Positions 8,591-16,909 of a stretch of DNA of 32,000 nucleotides are shown piece by piece. The stretch is from an uncultured Clostridia bacterium (GTDB taxonomy: Bacteria > Bacillota > Clostridia > Christensenellales > Aristaeellaceae). Positions within the stretch are counted from its first letter, which is position 1; every line of letters begins with the position of its first letter. A program made the translations under genes and the position numbers. Location: contig CALCTW010000036.1 of NCBI GenBank assembly GCA_937907055.1, positions 2,510-34,509 on the forward strand, in the 5' to 3' direction. The notes under the pieces were generated by a model that was not told where the DNA came from, ran no database searches, and saw only the letters and a program-made list of their open reading frames with translations.

Positions 8591-8665
8591 AAAACCTCCT
8601 TGCGGATACCACTGAAAATGCGGTAGAATAATAAGGTACGAAAAAACTCAAAGGAGACCGTCACA

Positions 8666-9097
8666 ATGCCCGAAAACGACACCGACAAGCTCGAACACCA
8701 GATATCTGCCAGTACCGACCCGGCCAGACTATGCTCCGAACCGGACGGTACCATCCCGCAAATGACTGTCAGTCAATACCTCGACCAGCTCATCACCGAA
8801 CACGGCCTTTCCAAATCCGATATCGTAAACCGCTCCAACCTCGAGCGTTCCTACGCCTACCATATCCTTTCGGGCGACAAAGCCCTGCCCAGCCGTCCGA
8901 AAATTCTGGCCCTGGCTCTCGCCATGCAGCTTTCGCACAAGGAAGTCCAGCGGCTTCTCTACTACTCCAAGCACGAGCATCTCTATGTCAAAAACAAATG
9001 GGACGCCATAATCTGGTACGCCATCAGCAAAAAGCTCTCACCCGCTGACGCCAACATAATCCTCAGCGACCTCTCCATGCTCCCGCTTTTGGAATAA
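8666..9097 (+). CDS. XRE-like HTH protein, paralog of 6619-7062 (143 aa)
   Basis: SNLERSYAYHILSGDKALPSRPKILALALAMQL...WDAIIWYAISKKLS aligns by eye with HTH protein 1. RBS AAAGGAGA. Confidence 0.75.
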   Translation: MPENDTDKLEHQISASTDPARLCSEPDGTIPQMTVSQYLDQLITEHGLSKSDIVNRSNLERSYAYHILSGDKALPSRPKILALALAMQLSHKEVQRLLYYSKHEHLYVKNKWDAIIWYAISKKLSPADANIILSDLSMLPLLE

Positions 9098-9110
9098 TAC
9101 TGTAATTTCT

Positions 9111-9144
9111 ATTCATATTTTACACCATTCAATATTTTACACCA
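9111..9144 (+). repeat. tandem ~17-bp direct repeat ATTCA(A)TATTTTACACCA x2
   Basis: Copy 1 at 9111-9127 and copy 2 at 9127-9144 (one extra A). Sits between the HTH-2 stop and its terminator. Confidence 0.8.
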
Positions 9145-9146
9145 AG

Positions 9147-9180
9147 TCCCGCGGCCTGACGCCCGGGATTTATTTTTTTC
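9147..9180 (+). terminator. terminator after HTH gene 2
   Basis: TCCCG-c-GGC..GCC-CGGGA hairpin (9147-9168), followed by TTTATTTTTTT. Confidence 0.55.
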
Positions 9181-9305
9181 TTCAGTTTATTTTACAAAAA
9201 CACAAGCATTATTTGGTGTTCTCTCAGGACAATGCCGGGACAGGCTTCACTATCAGGCAGCAGCTGCTGACAATGTATATATATAATAAAGTTCAGAACA
9301 TACGC

Positions 9306-9334
9306 TTGCTAAATAACAGAACTAATGTTATGAT
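9306..9334 (+). promoter_or_regulatory. sigma-70-like promoter for the PD-(D/E)XK gene
   Basis: TTGCTA (9306-9311), 17-nt spacer, TATGAT (9329-9334). Confidence 0.5.
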
Positions 9335-9387
9335 GTTCTCAAGAGGTGATAACATTGAGCAACAAAGCCAAAATCCGCGAGGATGCC

Positions 9388-10152
9388 ATGAAACTCAACC
9401 CGATAGATGATGCCTTGTTCCAGAAGATGGCCGAGGATATTGCTTTTTGTGAGGAAATATTGCAAGTGTTTTTGGAAGATGACAAGCTGAAGGTGCTGGA
9501 CAATGTACCGCAAGTCTCTGTCAAAAATCTTCAGGGACGGTCCTGTATTCTGGATGTCAAATGTTCCCTGAGAAACGGCAGGATTGTCGGCGTAGAGGTA
9601 CAAAAGGCTGATGACGACGACCATCAGCGGCGGGTGCGCTACAATGGTGCTCTGCTGCCCACCAACATTACCGACCCCGGAAGCCGGTTTGAAAATGTTC
9701 CGGATATTATTATCATATTTATTTCCAGGTTTGATATTTTCAAATCGGGCAAAACATTGTATCATATAGACAGGATAATCCGTGAGACTGGCAAAAAAGC
9801 AGAAAACGGGTTTACCGAAATCTATGTCAATGCCGAGGTCAACGATGATTCAGATGTATCAAGACTGATGGAAATATTCACGCAGGATAACGCCTACGAT
9901 GACGACCGCTTCCCGGCCACCTCCGGCCGCAAGCGCAGATTCAAGACAACCGAGGAAGGAGCGAGTGAGATGTGTGAGATAATCGAGAAATACAAGGCCG
10001 AAGGAAGAGCCGAAGGAAAGGCCGAAGGAAAGGCCGAAGGAAGGATTCAGGCCGTCAAGGATATGATAAAAGCAGGTCTTACTACGCTGACCGATGTCAA
10101 AAAATCGGGACTGTATACAGAAGCGGAGCTGGCCGCCATCATTGCTCCTTGA
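9388..10152 (+). CDS. PD-(D/E)XK nuclease family protein (Rpn/PDDEXK_2 'putative transposase' type)
   Basis: N-terminal MKLNPIDDALFQKM resembles the family's xNDxxFKxxF start. Core is ILDVKCS...IVGVEVQK (D...ExQK). The tail has (AEGK/R)4 then a helical HTH-like end. Alternative in-frame starts are GTG 9346 and TTG 9355 (RBS AAGAGGTG). Confidence 0.7.
   Translation: MKLNPIDDALFQKMAEDIAFCEEILQVFLEDDKLKVLDNVPQVSVKNLQGRSCILDVKCSLRNGRIVGVEVQKADDDDHQRRVRYNGALLPTNITDPGSRFENVPDIIIIFISRFDIFKSGKTLYHIDRIIRETGKKAENGFTEIYVNAEVNDDSDVSRLMEIFTQDNAYDDDRFPATSGRKRRFKTTEEGASEMCEIIEKYKAEGRAEGKAEGKAEGRIQAVKDMIKAGLTTLTDVKKSGLYTEAELAAIIAP
9997..10044 (+). repeat. 4 x 12-bp in-frame tandem repeat GCCGAAGGAA(A/G)(G/A)
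   Basis: Directly visible: gccgaaggaaga gccgaaggaaag gccgaaggaaag gccgaaggaagg, encoding AEGR-AEGK-AEGK-AEGR. Confidence 0.9.
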
Positions 10153-10211
10153 AATGGCAGTCTTAGCCATAGCCGATTATAAGGGAATTTTCGTCAAATA
10201 ATTTTTGTATC

Positions 10212-10246
10212 AAAAGGAGCTGTAAAAAAGCAGCTCCTTTTCTGTC
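10212..10246 (+). terminator. terminator after the PD-(D/E)XK gene
   Basis: 11-bp stem AAAAGGAGCTG/CAGCTCCTTTT with 8-nt loop, followed by a T-rich tail. Confidence 0.65.
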
Positions 10247-10317
10247 GGCCTATGGCCCGCCAATCAGCGATGACATAATAAACAATTGGATATTTATGAC
10301 TTTTTAATCTTGAAGGG

Positions 10318-12513
10318 TTGGGATTTTTTTTGCTTTTGACTGAAATAAATGACGCTATCGCCAAAGAACTGAAGCTCCGTGCAAAACAGGTCGAAGCGGC
10401 GGTCGGACTGCTCGATGACGGCAACACCATTCCGTTTATCGCCCGCTACCGCAAGGAGACCACCGACGAGCTCGACGAGGAGCAGCTGCGCGCCATAGAA
10501 GAGCGGCTCACCTATCTCCGCAATCTGGTAAAACGCCAGGAGGAAATCCTTGCAAAAATCGAGGAGCAGGGCAAGCTGACCGACGAGCTTCGCACCGCAA
10601 TCGAAAAAGCCCGGAAGCTCCAGGAGCTTGAGGACCTTTACCTCCCCTACAAGCAGAAGCGCCGTACCAAGGCGCAGGCGGCCCGGGAGAAAGGTCTGGC
10701 CCCGCTCGCCGCACTCATGCTGCTGCAAAATAAGACCGACGGCACCCCTGAGGAAGCCGCTGCCCCATTTATCGATGAAGAAAAAGGCATCGCCACCGCT
10801 GCCGACGCCCTGACAGGCGCGCAGGACATTCTGGCTGAGGAAATCACCGAGGACGCGGCTCTGCGCCAGCGGCTGCGTGAAAAGCTCTGGCAGACAGCCC
10901 TCCTTTCTACCGCTCTCGATGCCGAAGCTCCTGAGGCCAATACCTTTCTCATGTACGACAACGGCAGCGAGCCGGTACGCTCCCTGCCGTCACACCGCAT
11001 TCTGGCCATCAACCGCGGCGAGAAAAAGGAATGTCTCAAGGTAAAGCTGACAGCTGACTTTGACGGCATCTGTGAAGAAATATTCCGGAGCGTTTACCGC
11101 GGCCCCTCGATTTTTGCGGAGCTTATCCGTGCCGCTATCGACGATGGTGCAAAACGCCTGCTCTTCCCGGCATTGGAGCGCGAAATCCGCGCCCGCCTTA
11201 CGGAAGCCGCCGAAAAACAGGCCATTCATGTTTTCGGGGAAAATCTGCGGCAGCTTCTCCTGACGCCGCCGCTTGCCGGCCATACCGTAATGGGACTCGA
11301 CCCCGGCTACCGCACCGGCTGCAAGGTCGCAGTTGTCGACCCGACGGGCCGTATTCTCGCCCACGATGTTTTCTATATCACCAAAAGCGAGGGCGAAAAA
11401 AATCAGGCCGCCCAAAAGGCACTCGCCCTCATCAAAAAATACAAGGTTACGCTCATCTCTATCGGCAACGGTACTGCCTCCTATGAAACCGAGGTCTTTA
11501 CAGCCGACCTTATCCGCACAAACAGCCTTGCGGTCCGCTACATCATCACCAGCGAGGCCGGGGCTTCCGTCTACTCCGCCTCCCCACTGGCCCGCGAGGA
11601 GCTGCCTGATTACGATGTTACTGTACGCGGCGCAGTTTCCATTGCCCGGCGGGTTCAGGACCCGCTGGCCGAGCTGGTAAAAATCGACCCGAAAGCAATC
11701 GGCGTCGGCCAGTATCAGCACGATGTCGACCAGAAGGAGCTGACCGGCACACTCGACGCGACAGTCGAATCCGCTGTAAACCATGTCGGTGTCGACCTCA
11801 ATACCGCCTCACCCGCACTGCTGAAGCATATTTCCGGAATAAATGCCACCCTTGCCAAAAACATTGTCGCCTACCGCAATGACCATGGCCGCTTCCAAAG
11901 CCGCCGCGAGCTTCTTGAGGTACCGCGTCTTGGCAAGGCGGCCTTCACCCAGTGCGCAGGCTTTTTGCGCATCGCCGGTGGCACAATGCCGCTCGACAAC
12001 ACCCCCGTTCACCCGGAATCATATCCGCTCACCGAAAAGCTGCTTGCCCGTCTCGGCAGCTCGCTTGACGAGCTGGGAGACAAAGAAGCCCAGCCCGTGC
12101 TGCAGGCCCGTCTGAAGCTGGCTGACAGCGAAAAGCTCGCCCACGACCTCGACGCCGGACTGCCGACGGTACGCGATATTCTGGCAGCCCTCGCCCGTCC
12201 GGGACGCGACCCGCGCGAGGATGTTCCGCCGCCGGTTACCCGTCAGGCCGTTGTCAAGCTCTCCGACCTGAAGCCCGGCACACTGGTAAGAGGCACAGTC
12301 CGCAACATTACTGACTTCGGTGCCTTTGTCGATATCGGCATCAAGACTGCCGGTCTCATTCATATTTCCGAGCTTTCCAAACGCCGCGTCAAGCACCCGC
12401 TCGAGGTACTCGCCGTCGGAGAGGTAATTACCGTACTCATACTTTCTGTCGATGAAGCGCGCAACCGCATTGCGCTCAGTCTAAAACAAGTTCCCAAGGA
12501 GGCCGCCTCATGA
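10318..12513 (+). CDS. tex: Tex-like transcription accessory protein (S1 domain, YqgF/HhH domains)
   Basis: IAKELKLRAKQVEAAVGLLDDGNTIPFIARYRKETT is the canonical Tex N-terminus. C-terminal S1 domain GTLVRGTVRNITDFGAFVDIG...GLIHISEL. Start is uncertain: TTG 10318, 10330 or 10336, none with a good RBS. Confidence 0.9.
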   Translation: MGFFLLLTEINDAIAKELKLRAKQVEAAVGLLDDGNTIPFIARYRKETTDELDEEQLRAIEERLTYLRNLVKRQEEILAKIEEQGKLTDELRTAIEKARKLQELEDLYLPYKQKRRTKAQAAREKGLAPLAALMLLQNKTDGTPEEAAAPFIDEEKGIATAADALTGAQDILAEEITEDAALRQRLREKLWQTALLSTALDAEAPEANTFLMYDNGSEPVRSLPSHRILAINRGEKKECLKVKLTADFDGICEEIFRSVYRGPSIFAELIRAAIDDGAKRLLFPALEREIRARLTEAAEKQAIHVFGENLRQLLLTPPLAGHTVMGLDPGYRTGCKVAVVDPTGRILAHDVFYITKSEGEKNQAAQKALALIKKYKVTLISIGNGTASYETEVFTADLIRTNSLAVRYIITSEAGASVYSASPLAREELPDYDVTVRGAVSIARRVQDPLAELVKIDPKAIGVGQYQHDVDQKELTGTLDATVESAVNHVGVDLNTASPALLKHISGINATLAKNIVAYRNDHGRFQSRRELLEVPRLGKAAFTQCAGFLRIAGGTMPLDNTPVHPESYPLTEKLLARLGSSLDELGDKEAQPVLQARLKLADSEKLAHDLDAGLPTVRDILAALARPGRDPREDVPPPVTRQAVVKLSDLKPGTLVRGTVRNITDFGAFVDIGIKTAGLIHISELSKRRVKHPLEVLAVGEVITVLILSVDEARNRIALSLKQVPKEAAS

Positions 12514-14402
12514 AGCTGCTTGAAAAAACAATCGCCCAAATAAGTGCTCCCCACCCCGGACCGGCCGCTATTGCCCGCAAAAAGCTTGAACAGGCAATGG
12601 CTGACCCCCGTGCACTTGGAGAGCTTTATCCGCTGATACTGAAATACATCTCCGCCACTGGCAGTGCCAATCCGGAGCTGCCCCAAAAATGCCTTATTAT
12701 CTGCTGCGCCGACCATGGCGTTGCCGAACTCAAGGTCAGTGCCTACCCGCAGGAAACCACCCTGCAAATGACCAAAAACTATCTTTTCAGTAAAGGCTCT
12801 GTCGCCAACGCGCTTGCCAATTTTACTGATGCGGAGCTTCTTACCGTCGACCTTGGCATTGCCGCGCTCAAGGAGCCGCTGCCTGAGCTGCTCAACCGCC
12901 GTATTGCCGCGGGGACAAAAAACTTCACCCTCGGACCGGCCATGACGCGCGAGCAGGCAGTACAGGCCCTCGAAACCGGCATTGAACTCGCCGTAACCTG
13001 TGTCAAAAACGGCTTCACCTGTATTCTCCCCGCTGAAATGGGTATCGCCAACACGACCTCCAGCTCTGCCATCTGTGCTGCCATCTGCGGCATGACTGCG
13101 GAGGAAATCACCGGCCGCGGCACCAGCATTTCCGATGAACGGCTTGCCGTAAAAATTGAAGCTGTAAAAACCGCCCTCCGCGTAAACCAGCCCGACCCGG
13201 CCGACGGAATTGATGTTCTCGCCAAGGTCGGTGGCTTTGAATTTGGCTGTATCGCCGGAATTATCCTCGGCGCAGCCTCCGCCGGTGCCGTGGTCGGCAT
13301 TGACGGCTTCAACACCGCCGCCGCCGGCATCATTGCCCAGGCCATCTGCCCGGAGGTCGTGCATTATCTCCTCGGCTCGCATCTGGCTGCTATGCCGCAG
13401 CACCGCACAGTACTGGCCCGGCTCGGCATCACGCCGTATATGGACCTCAAATTCAAGCTCGGCGAAGCAACCGGCTCCTCCATTACCGCCGACCTCCTCG
13501 ACGCCTCAATCCTCGCCTACAATGCGCTTGTCCGTCCGGGACAGAGCAAATCAGCCGGCGTCGTCTGCGTTCTGCCGCATGTAATGCCTGCCGAAGCCGA
13601 CCAAGTATCCGGCCGCGTTCTTGACAGCTTCCTCGACGACTTTCCCCAGCTCAACCGCGCCGCCATGGAGGCCTGCCGCAACCGGCTCGACCATCTGGCC
13701 AAGCCAATCTGCAGTCTCGGCTATCTTGAAGAAATCGCCATTGAACTGGCCGGCATTATCGAAGAAAAGCAACCGCCGACCGGGCTCAACCGAACCCTTG
13801 TCTGCTTTGCCGAAAGCAATCCCTACGGCGAATACGGCCAGCTTCTCGCCGCCTTCACACACCACGCCGATGCCAAATGTCTGCTGTCGCTCCTGCGCCC
13901 CGGCCAGCCGCCGACTGCCGGCTGGGCCTACGGCTGCCAGCTGGCGGAGGAAATCGCCGAAAGCGACGACCTCATCGGCTTCAGCATCCACCATGAGGAC
14001 GCGCCTCTCATAAAGAACCTGCTCAATCCCGACGGCAGCCTGCGCTACCGGGCCGATGAATTTCTCGCCCATCTGCCGGACTCCCTCAAAATATACGCCT
14101 CTGTCCTGACCGGCGCAATGCTCGGCGCCGCCCGCAAAAGGCTGCTTATCGTCCTCGACAACGAACCCGTCGATATCCTCGGACGCTACATCGAAGCCCT
14201 TGTCCCGGCGGTTCGCCCGTTTGTCCTCCATGTCCAGCCACAGCTTCTCCAGCTCGGAATCACCACCGACGCAGGAGCCGTCGCCTGTCTGGGCTTCCGG
14301 CTCGTTGACGCCGCTCTGCATATTCTCAACGACATGAAAACCTTTGCCGAATGTGAAGTAGCCACCGCCGTAGACGGCATCGGCAAGGACCGCCAAAGCT
14401 GA
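12510..14402 (+). CDS. cobT: tandem-domain CobT: nicotinate-nucleotide--dimethylbenzimidazole phosphoribosyltransferase domain fused to a degenerate second CobT-like domain (630 aa)
   Basis: The N-terminal half has CADHGV, GPAMT, EMGIANTT, DGIDVLAKVGGFE, DGFNT, LGEATGS. The C-terminal half restarts with a CobT N-terminal motif (LAKPICSLGYLEEIAIELAG) and ends with NDMKTFAE, but the catalytic motifs are replaced (CFAESN, TDAGA). ATGA overlap with the tex stop. Confidence 0.8.
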   Translation: MKLLEKTIAQISAPHPGPAAIARKKLEQAMADPRALGELYPLILKYISATGSANPELPQKCLIICCADHGVAELKVSAYPQETTLQMTKNYLFSKGSVANALANFTDAELLTVDLGIAALKEPLPELLNRRIAAGTKNFTLGPAMTREQAVQALETGIELAVTCVKNGFTCILPAEMGIANTTSSSAICAAICGMTAEEITGRGTSISDERLAVKIEAVKTALRVNQPDPADGIDVLAKVGGFEFGCIAGIILGAASAGAVVGIDGFNTAAAGIIAQAICPEVVHYLLGSHLAAMPQHRTVLARLGITPYMDLKFKLGEATGSSITADLLDASILAYNALVRPGQSKSAGVVCVLPHVMPAEADQVSGRVLDSFLDDFPQLNRAAMEACRNRLDHLAKPICSLGYLEEIAIELAGIIEEKQPPTGLNRTLVCFAESNPYGEYGQLLAAFTHHADAKCLLSLLRPGQPPTAGWAYGCQLAEEIAESDDLIGFSIHHEDAPLIKNLLNPDGSLRYRADEFLAHLPDSLKIYASVLTGAMLGAARKRLLIVLDNEPVDILGRYIEALVPAVRPFVLHVQPQLLQLGITTDAGAVACLGFRLVDAALHILNDMKTFAECEVATAVDGIGKDRQS

Positions 14403-14422
14403 CAAAATAAAAAACCAAATTG

Positions 14423-14458
14423 AAAAAGCAGGCCGGGAAAAATCCCGTCCTGCTTTTT
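14423..14458. terminator. bidirectional terminator
   Basis: AAAAAGCAGG-CCGGGA-aaaa-TCCCG-t-CCTGCTTTTT: long hairpin with an A-run and a T-run on either side. Confidence 0.7.
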
Positions 14459-14692
14459 ATATTTCACTATACGACGCTGTTCCATCTCTCACAAAAGCAT
14501 CAGATATTTGGAGTAGTCACTCCGGGCTATGCCAAGAGCCTGCATTGTCGCTTCTGCCGATAAGCTCATATTTTTCATAAGATTTTTATAACGCCTTGAA
14601 TTAAGAAAATGCAACGCATTTTCTTCCTCCGTCAGCCTTTGGCTCTGCATTTCTTTATTTTGTCTGAAGCGCTTTTCCAGTCCTCCGGCAGG

Positions 14693-16081
14693 TTACTTTA
14701 CAACCCCCGGGGTGGTCATGTTTTCCGGCTGGAGAATGCGCTCAAGGTCCTCGTCAGGGAGAAGGTGTTCTTCCTTGACGATTTCCATTATCGGACGGCC
14801 GGTTTCGTAGGATTTCTTGGCCAGCGGCGAGAGCTTTTCGTAGCCGACATGCGGCAGAAGAGCCGTTACGACACAGATGCTGTAGCTCATCCAGAATTTG
14901 CAGCGTTCCTCATCGGCCTTGAGCCCGATCAGCAGCTTGTCAATAAAGGTGTTGACCGCGTTTGTCAGGTAGCGGAAGGAGTTGAAGAGGTTGAATGCCA
15001 TTACCGGCTCCATTACATTGAGCTCAAGCTGACCGTTTTCGACAGCCAGGGTGACGGCCATATCGTTGGCGATTACCTGATAGCAGGTCTGGTCGAGGAC
15101 CTCGGCAATGACAGGGTTTACCTTGCCCGGCATGATTGAGGAGCCTGGCTGCCGCGGCGGAATTTTGAGCTCGTCAAAGCCGCAGCGTGGCCCGGAGCCC
15201 ATGAGGCGGAAGTCGTTTGCCATCTTGGCAAGGACAAGCGCCGTACCCTTGAGACCGGCGGAAACATCAGCGAACCCGTCGGTGTTGTTGGTGCAGTCAA
15301 TCATGTTTTCGGCGGTAACAAATTCCTCGCCGGCAATCTCGCTGAGCACCTTTGCAACTTCCTTTATATAGGCAGGCTCGGCATTGAGTCCAGTACCGAT
15401 TGCGGTACCGCCCATGTTTATCATGCGGATATTGGTCAGAGCGGCCAGAATACGCTTCGTCGAGCGGCGTACCGCAGCAGCGTAGGAGTGCATTTCCTGT
15501 CCGAGGGTAATCGGCACAGCGTCCTGCAGATGGGTGCGGCCGACCTTGAGAATGTCCTTGAATTCCTCGCCCTTTTTGTCAAGCTCGCAGGCCAGACGGT
15601 CGAGGGCTTCGATGAGCTTATGGCTTTTCTTTATAAGGCAGACCTTTATACCGGTCGGAAAGGCGTCATTTGTTGACTGAGCCATGTTGGCATGGTTGTT
15701 CGGTGAAACAATATCATAGCGGCCACGCGCTTCGCCCAAAATTTCAAGGGCACGGTTGGAAAGCACCTCGTTCATGTTCATATTTACTGAAGTACCGGCT
15801 CCGCCCTGAATCGGGTCGAGCGGGAACTGGTCGTCGAGCTTTCCCTGAATTACATCCTCCGCTGCCTGCATAAGAGCGGTACCAATCCGTCCGTCAAGGC
15901 GTCCGGTGCGCATATTGGCCAGCGCCGCTGCTTTTTTTACCATCGCTACGGCGTGAATAAAATCGGGGTCGATATGTTCCCCCGTAATATTGAAGTTGTC
16001 CATAGCCCGCAAAGTCTGAACCCCGTAGTAGGCGTCATCGGGAATTTCAAGCTCCCCTAAAAAGTCGCGTTCTTTTCTCAT
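14693..16081 (-). CDS. aspA: aspartate ammonia-lyase
   Basis: MRKERDFLGELEIPDDAYYGVQTLRA N-terminus (AspA-type rather than FumC-type), GSSIMPGKVNPV signature, 462 aa, RBS AAAGGAGA. Confidence 0.85.
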   Translation of the reverse strand: MRKERDFLGELEIPDDAYYGVQTLRAMDNFNITGEHIDPDFIHAVAMVKKAAALANMRTGRLDGRIGTALMQAAEDVIQGKLDDQFPLDPIQGGAGTSVNMNMNEVLSNRALEILGEARGRYDIVSPNNHANMAQSTNDAFPTGIKVCLIKKSHKLIEALDRLACELDKKGEEFKDILKVGRTHLQDAVPITLGQEMHSYAAAVRRSTKRILAALTNIRMINMGGTAIGTGLNAEPAYIKEVAKVLSEIAGEEFVTAENMIDCTNNTDGFADVSAGLKGTALVLAKMANDFRLMGSGPRCGFDELKIPPRQPGSSIMPGKVNPVIAEVLDQTCYQVIANDMAVTLAVENGQLELNVMEPVMAFNLFNSFRYLTNAVNTFIDKLLIGLKADEERCKFWMSYSICVVTALLPHVGYEKLSPLAKKSYETGRPIMEIVKEEHLLPDEDLERILQPENMTTPGVVK

Positions 16082-16135
16082 ACTGATTTCTCCTTTACTG
16101 TTTTCCTGTTCCGAAAGCTGCTCTGATAGCCGATA

Positions 16136-16164
16136 TGAAAAAAAGCCGCCGCATTGTGCGGCGG
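16136..16164 (-). terminator. terminator after the CBS/ACT gene
   Basis: GCCGCCGCA-ttg-TGCGGCGGC stem (16144-16164), followed on the minus strand by a T-run (A-run 16138-16143). Confidence 0.7.
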
Positions 16165-16171
16165 CCCGGCT

Positions 16172-16816
16172 TCAACCAATCTTTACGCTGTGGATTACAT
16201 CGTAACCATGCTGGATAAGCTTGGCGTTCACGCTGTCCACATCATCAAAATCGCCACGGATAAGTATTTCGTACACGCCATTGCCCTTATTGCAGGTTAC
16301 AAGGCTGTCGATGTTGAGACCTTCACCGGCAAAAATACCGGCAATGTCCTCAATAACCCCGACCTTATCCATTACATTTATCGTAATCCGGGTCTTGCCC
16401 TCCGCAAGGCCCATAATGTCAACAAAGGTACGGAAAATATCGGTATCAGTAATAACGCCGACAACAGCACCGACCTCACTTACAACCGGCAGCGAACCGA
16501 TTTTGTTCTGTGCCATCATCAGGGCAGCCTCTTCAATCGTGGCATCAGCGGTAATCGAGATGACATTTGTCGACATGACATCCTTTACCTTGATTTTCCC
16601 CAAAAGCTCTCTTATTTCAAATTTGGAAAGGGTGGTGGCCGGAGACGGGGCTACCATCGCCAGGTCCTGCCGCGTGAGGAAGCCGACCAGCCGGCCTTCC
16701 TGCACTACCGGCAGACGGCGCACCTTGCTGCGCTTCATCATGGCCATTGCATCATCAATTCTGGCTTCAGGATTGACGGTAAGCGGATTCTTTGTCATTC
16801 TGTTCGCTACAAACAT
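16172..16816 (-). CDS. CBS-CBS-ACT domain protein (AcuB-like)
   Basis: 214 aa. Two CBS repeats (MTKNPLTV...RRLPVV; VMSTNVISI...GSLPVV) plus a C-terminal ACT-like segment. Same size and layout as B. subtilis AcuB, but no acuA/acuC neighbours. Confidence 0.75.
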   Translation of the reverse strand: MFVANRMTKNPLTVNPEARIDDAMAMMKRSKVRRLPVVQEGRLVGFLTRQDLAMVAPSPATTLSKFEIRELLGKIKVKDVMSTNVISITADATIEEAALMMAQNKIGSLPVVSEVGAVVGVITDTDIFRTFVDIMGLAEGKTRITINVMDKVGVIEDIAGIFAGEGLNIDSLVTCNKGNGVYEILIRGDFDDVDSVNAKLIQHGYDVIHSVKIG

Positions 16817-16909
16817 AAATAATCACCTGCACTTGCTTGAGTTTTTCACATCAAAGGATATTTCGACTTAATTTTACCATACCGGTACAAAAAATCAATC
16901 GCTCTCCTA

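Noticed and set aside
14489-14650. 53-aa minus-strand ORF downstream of aspA (MQSQRLTEEENALHFLNSRRYKNLMKNMSLSAEATMQALGIARSDYSKYLMLL). Its end is reminiscent of the helical C-terminal tails of Rpn-type PD-(D/E)XK proteins.
   Set aside because: No SD sequence (AAAGAA only), below the track's size cutoff, and the resemblance is stylistic only. It may be a gene remnant but I cannot support a call.
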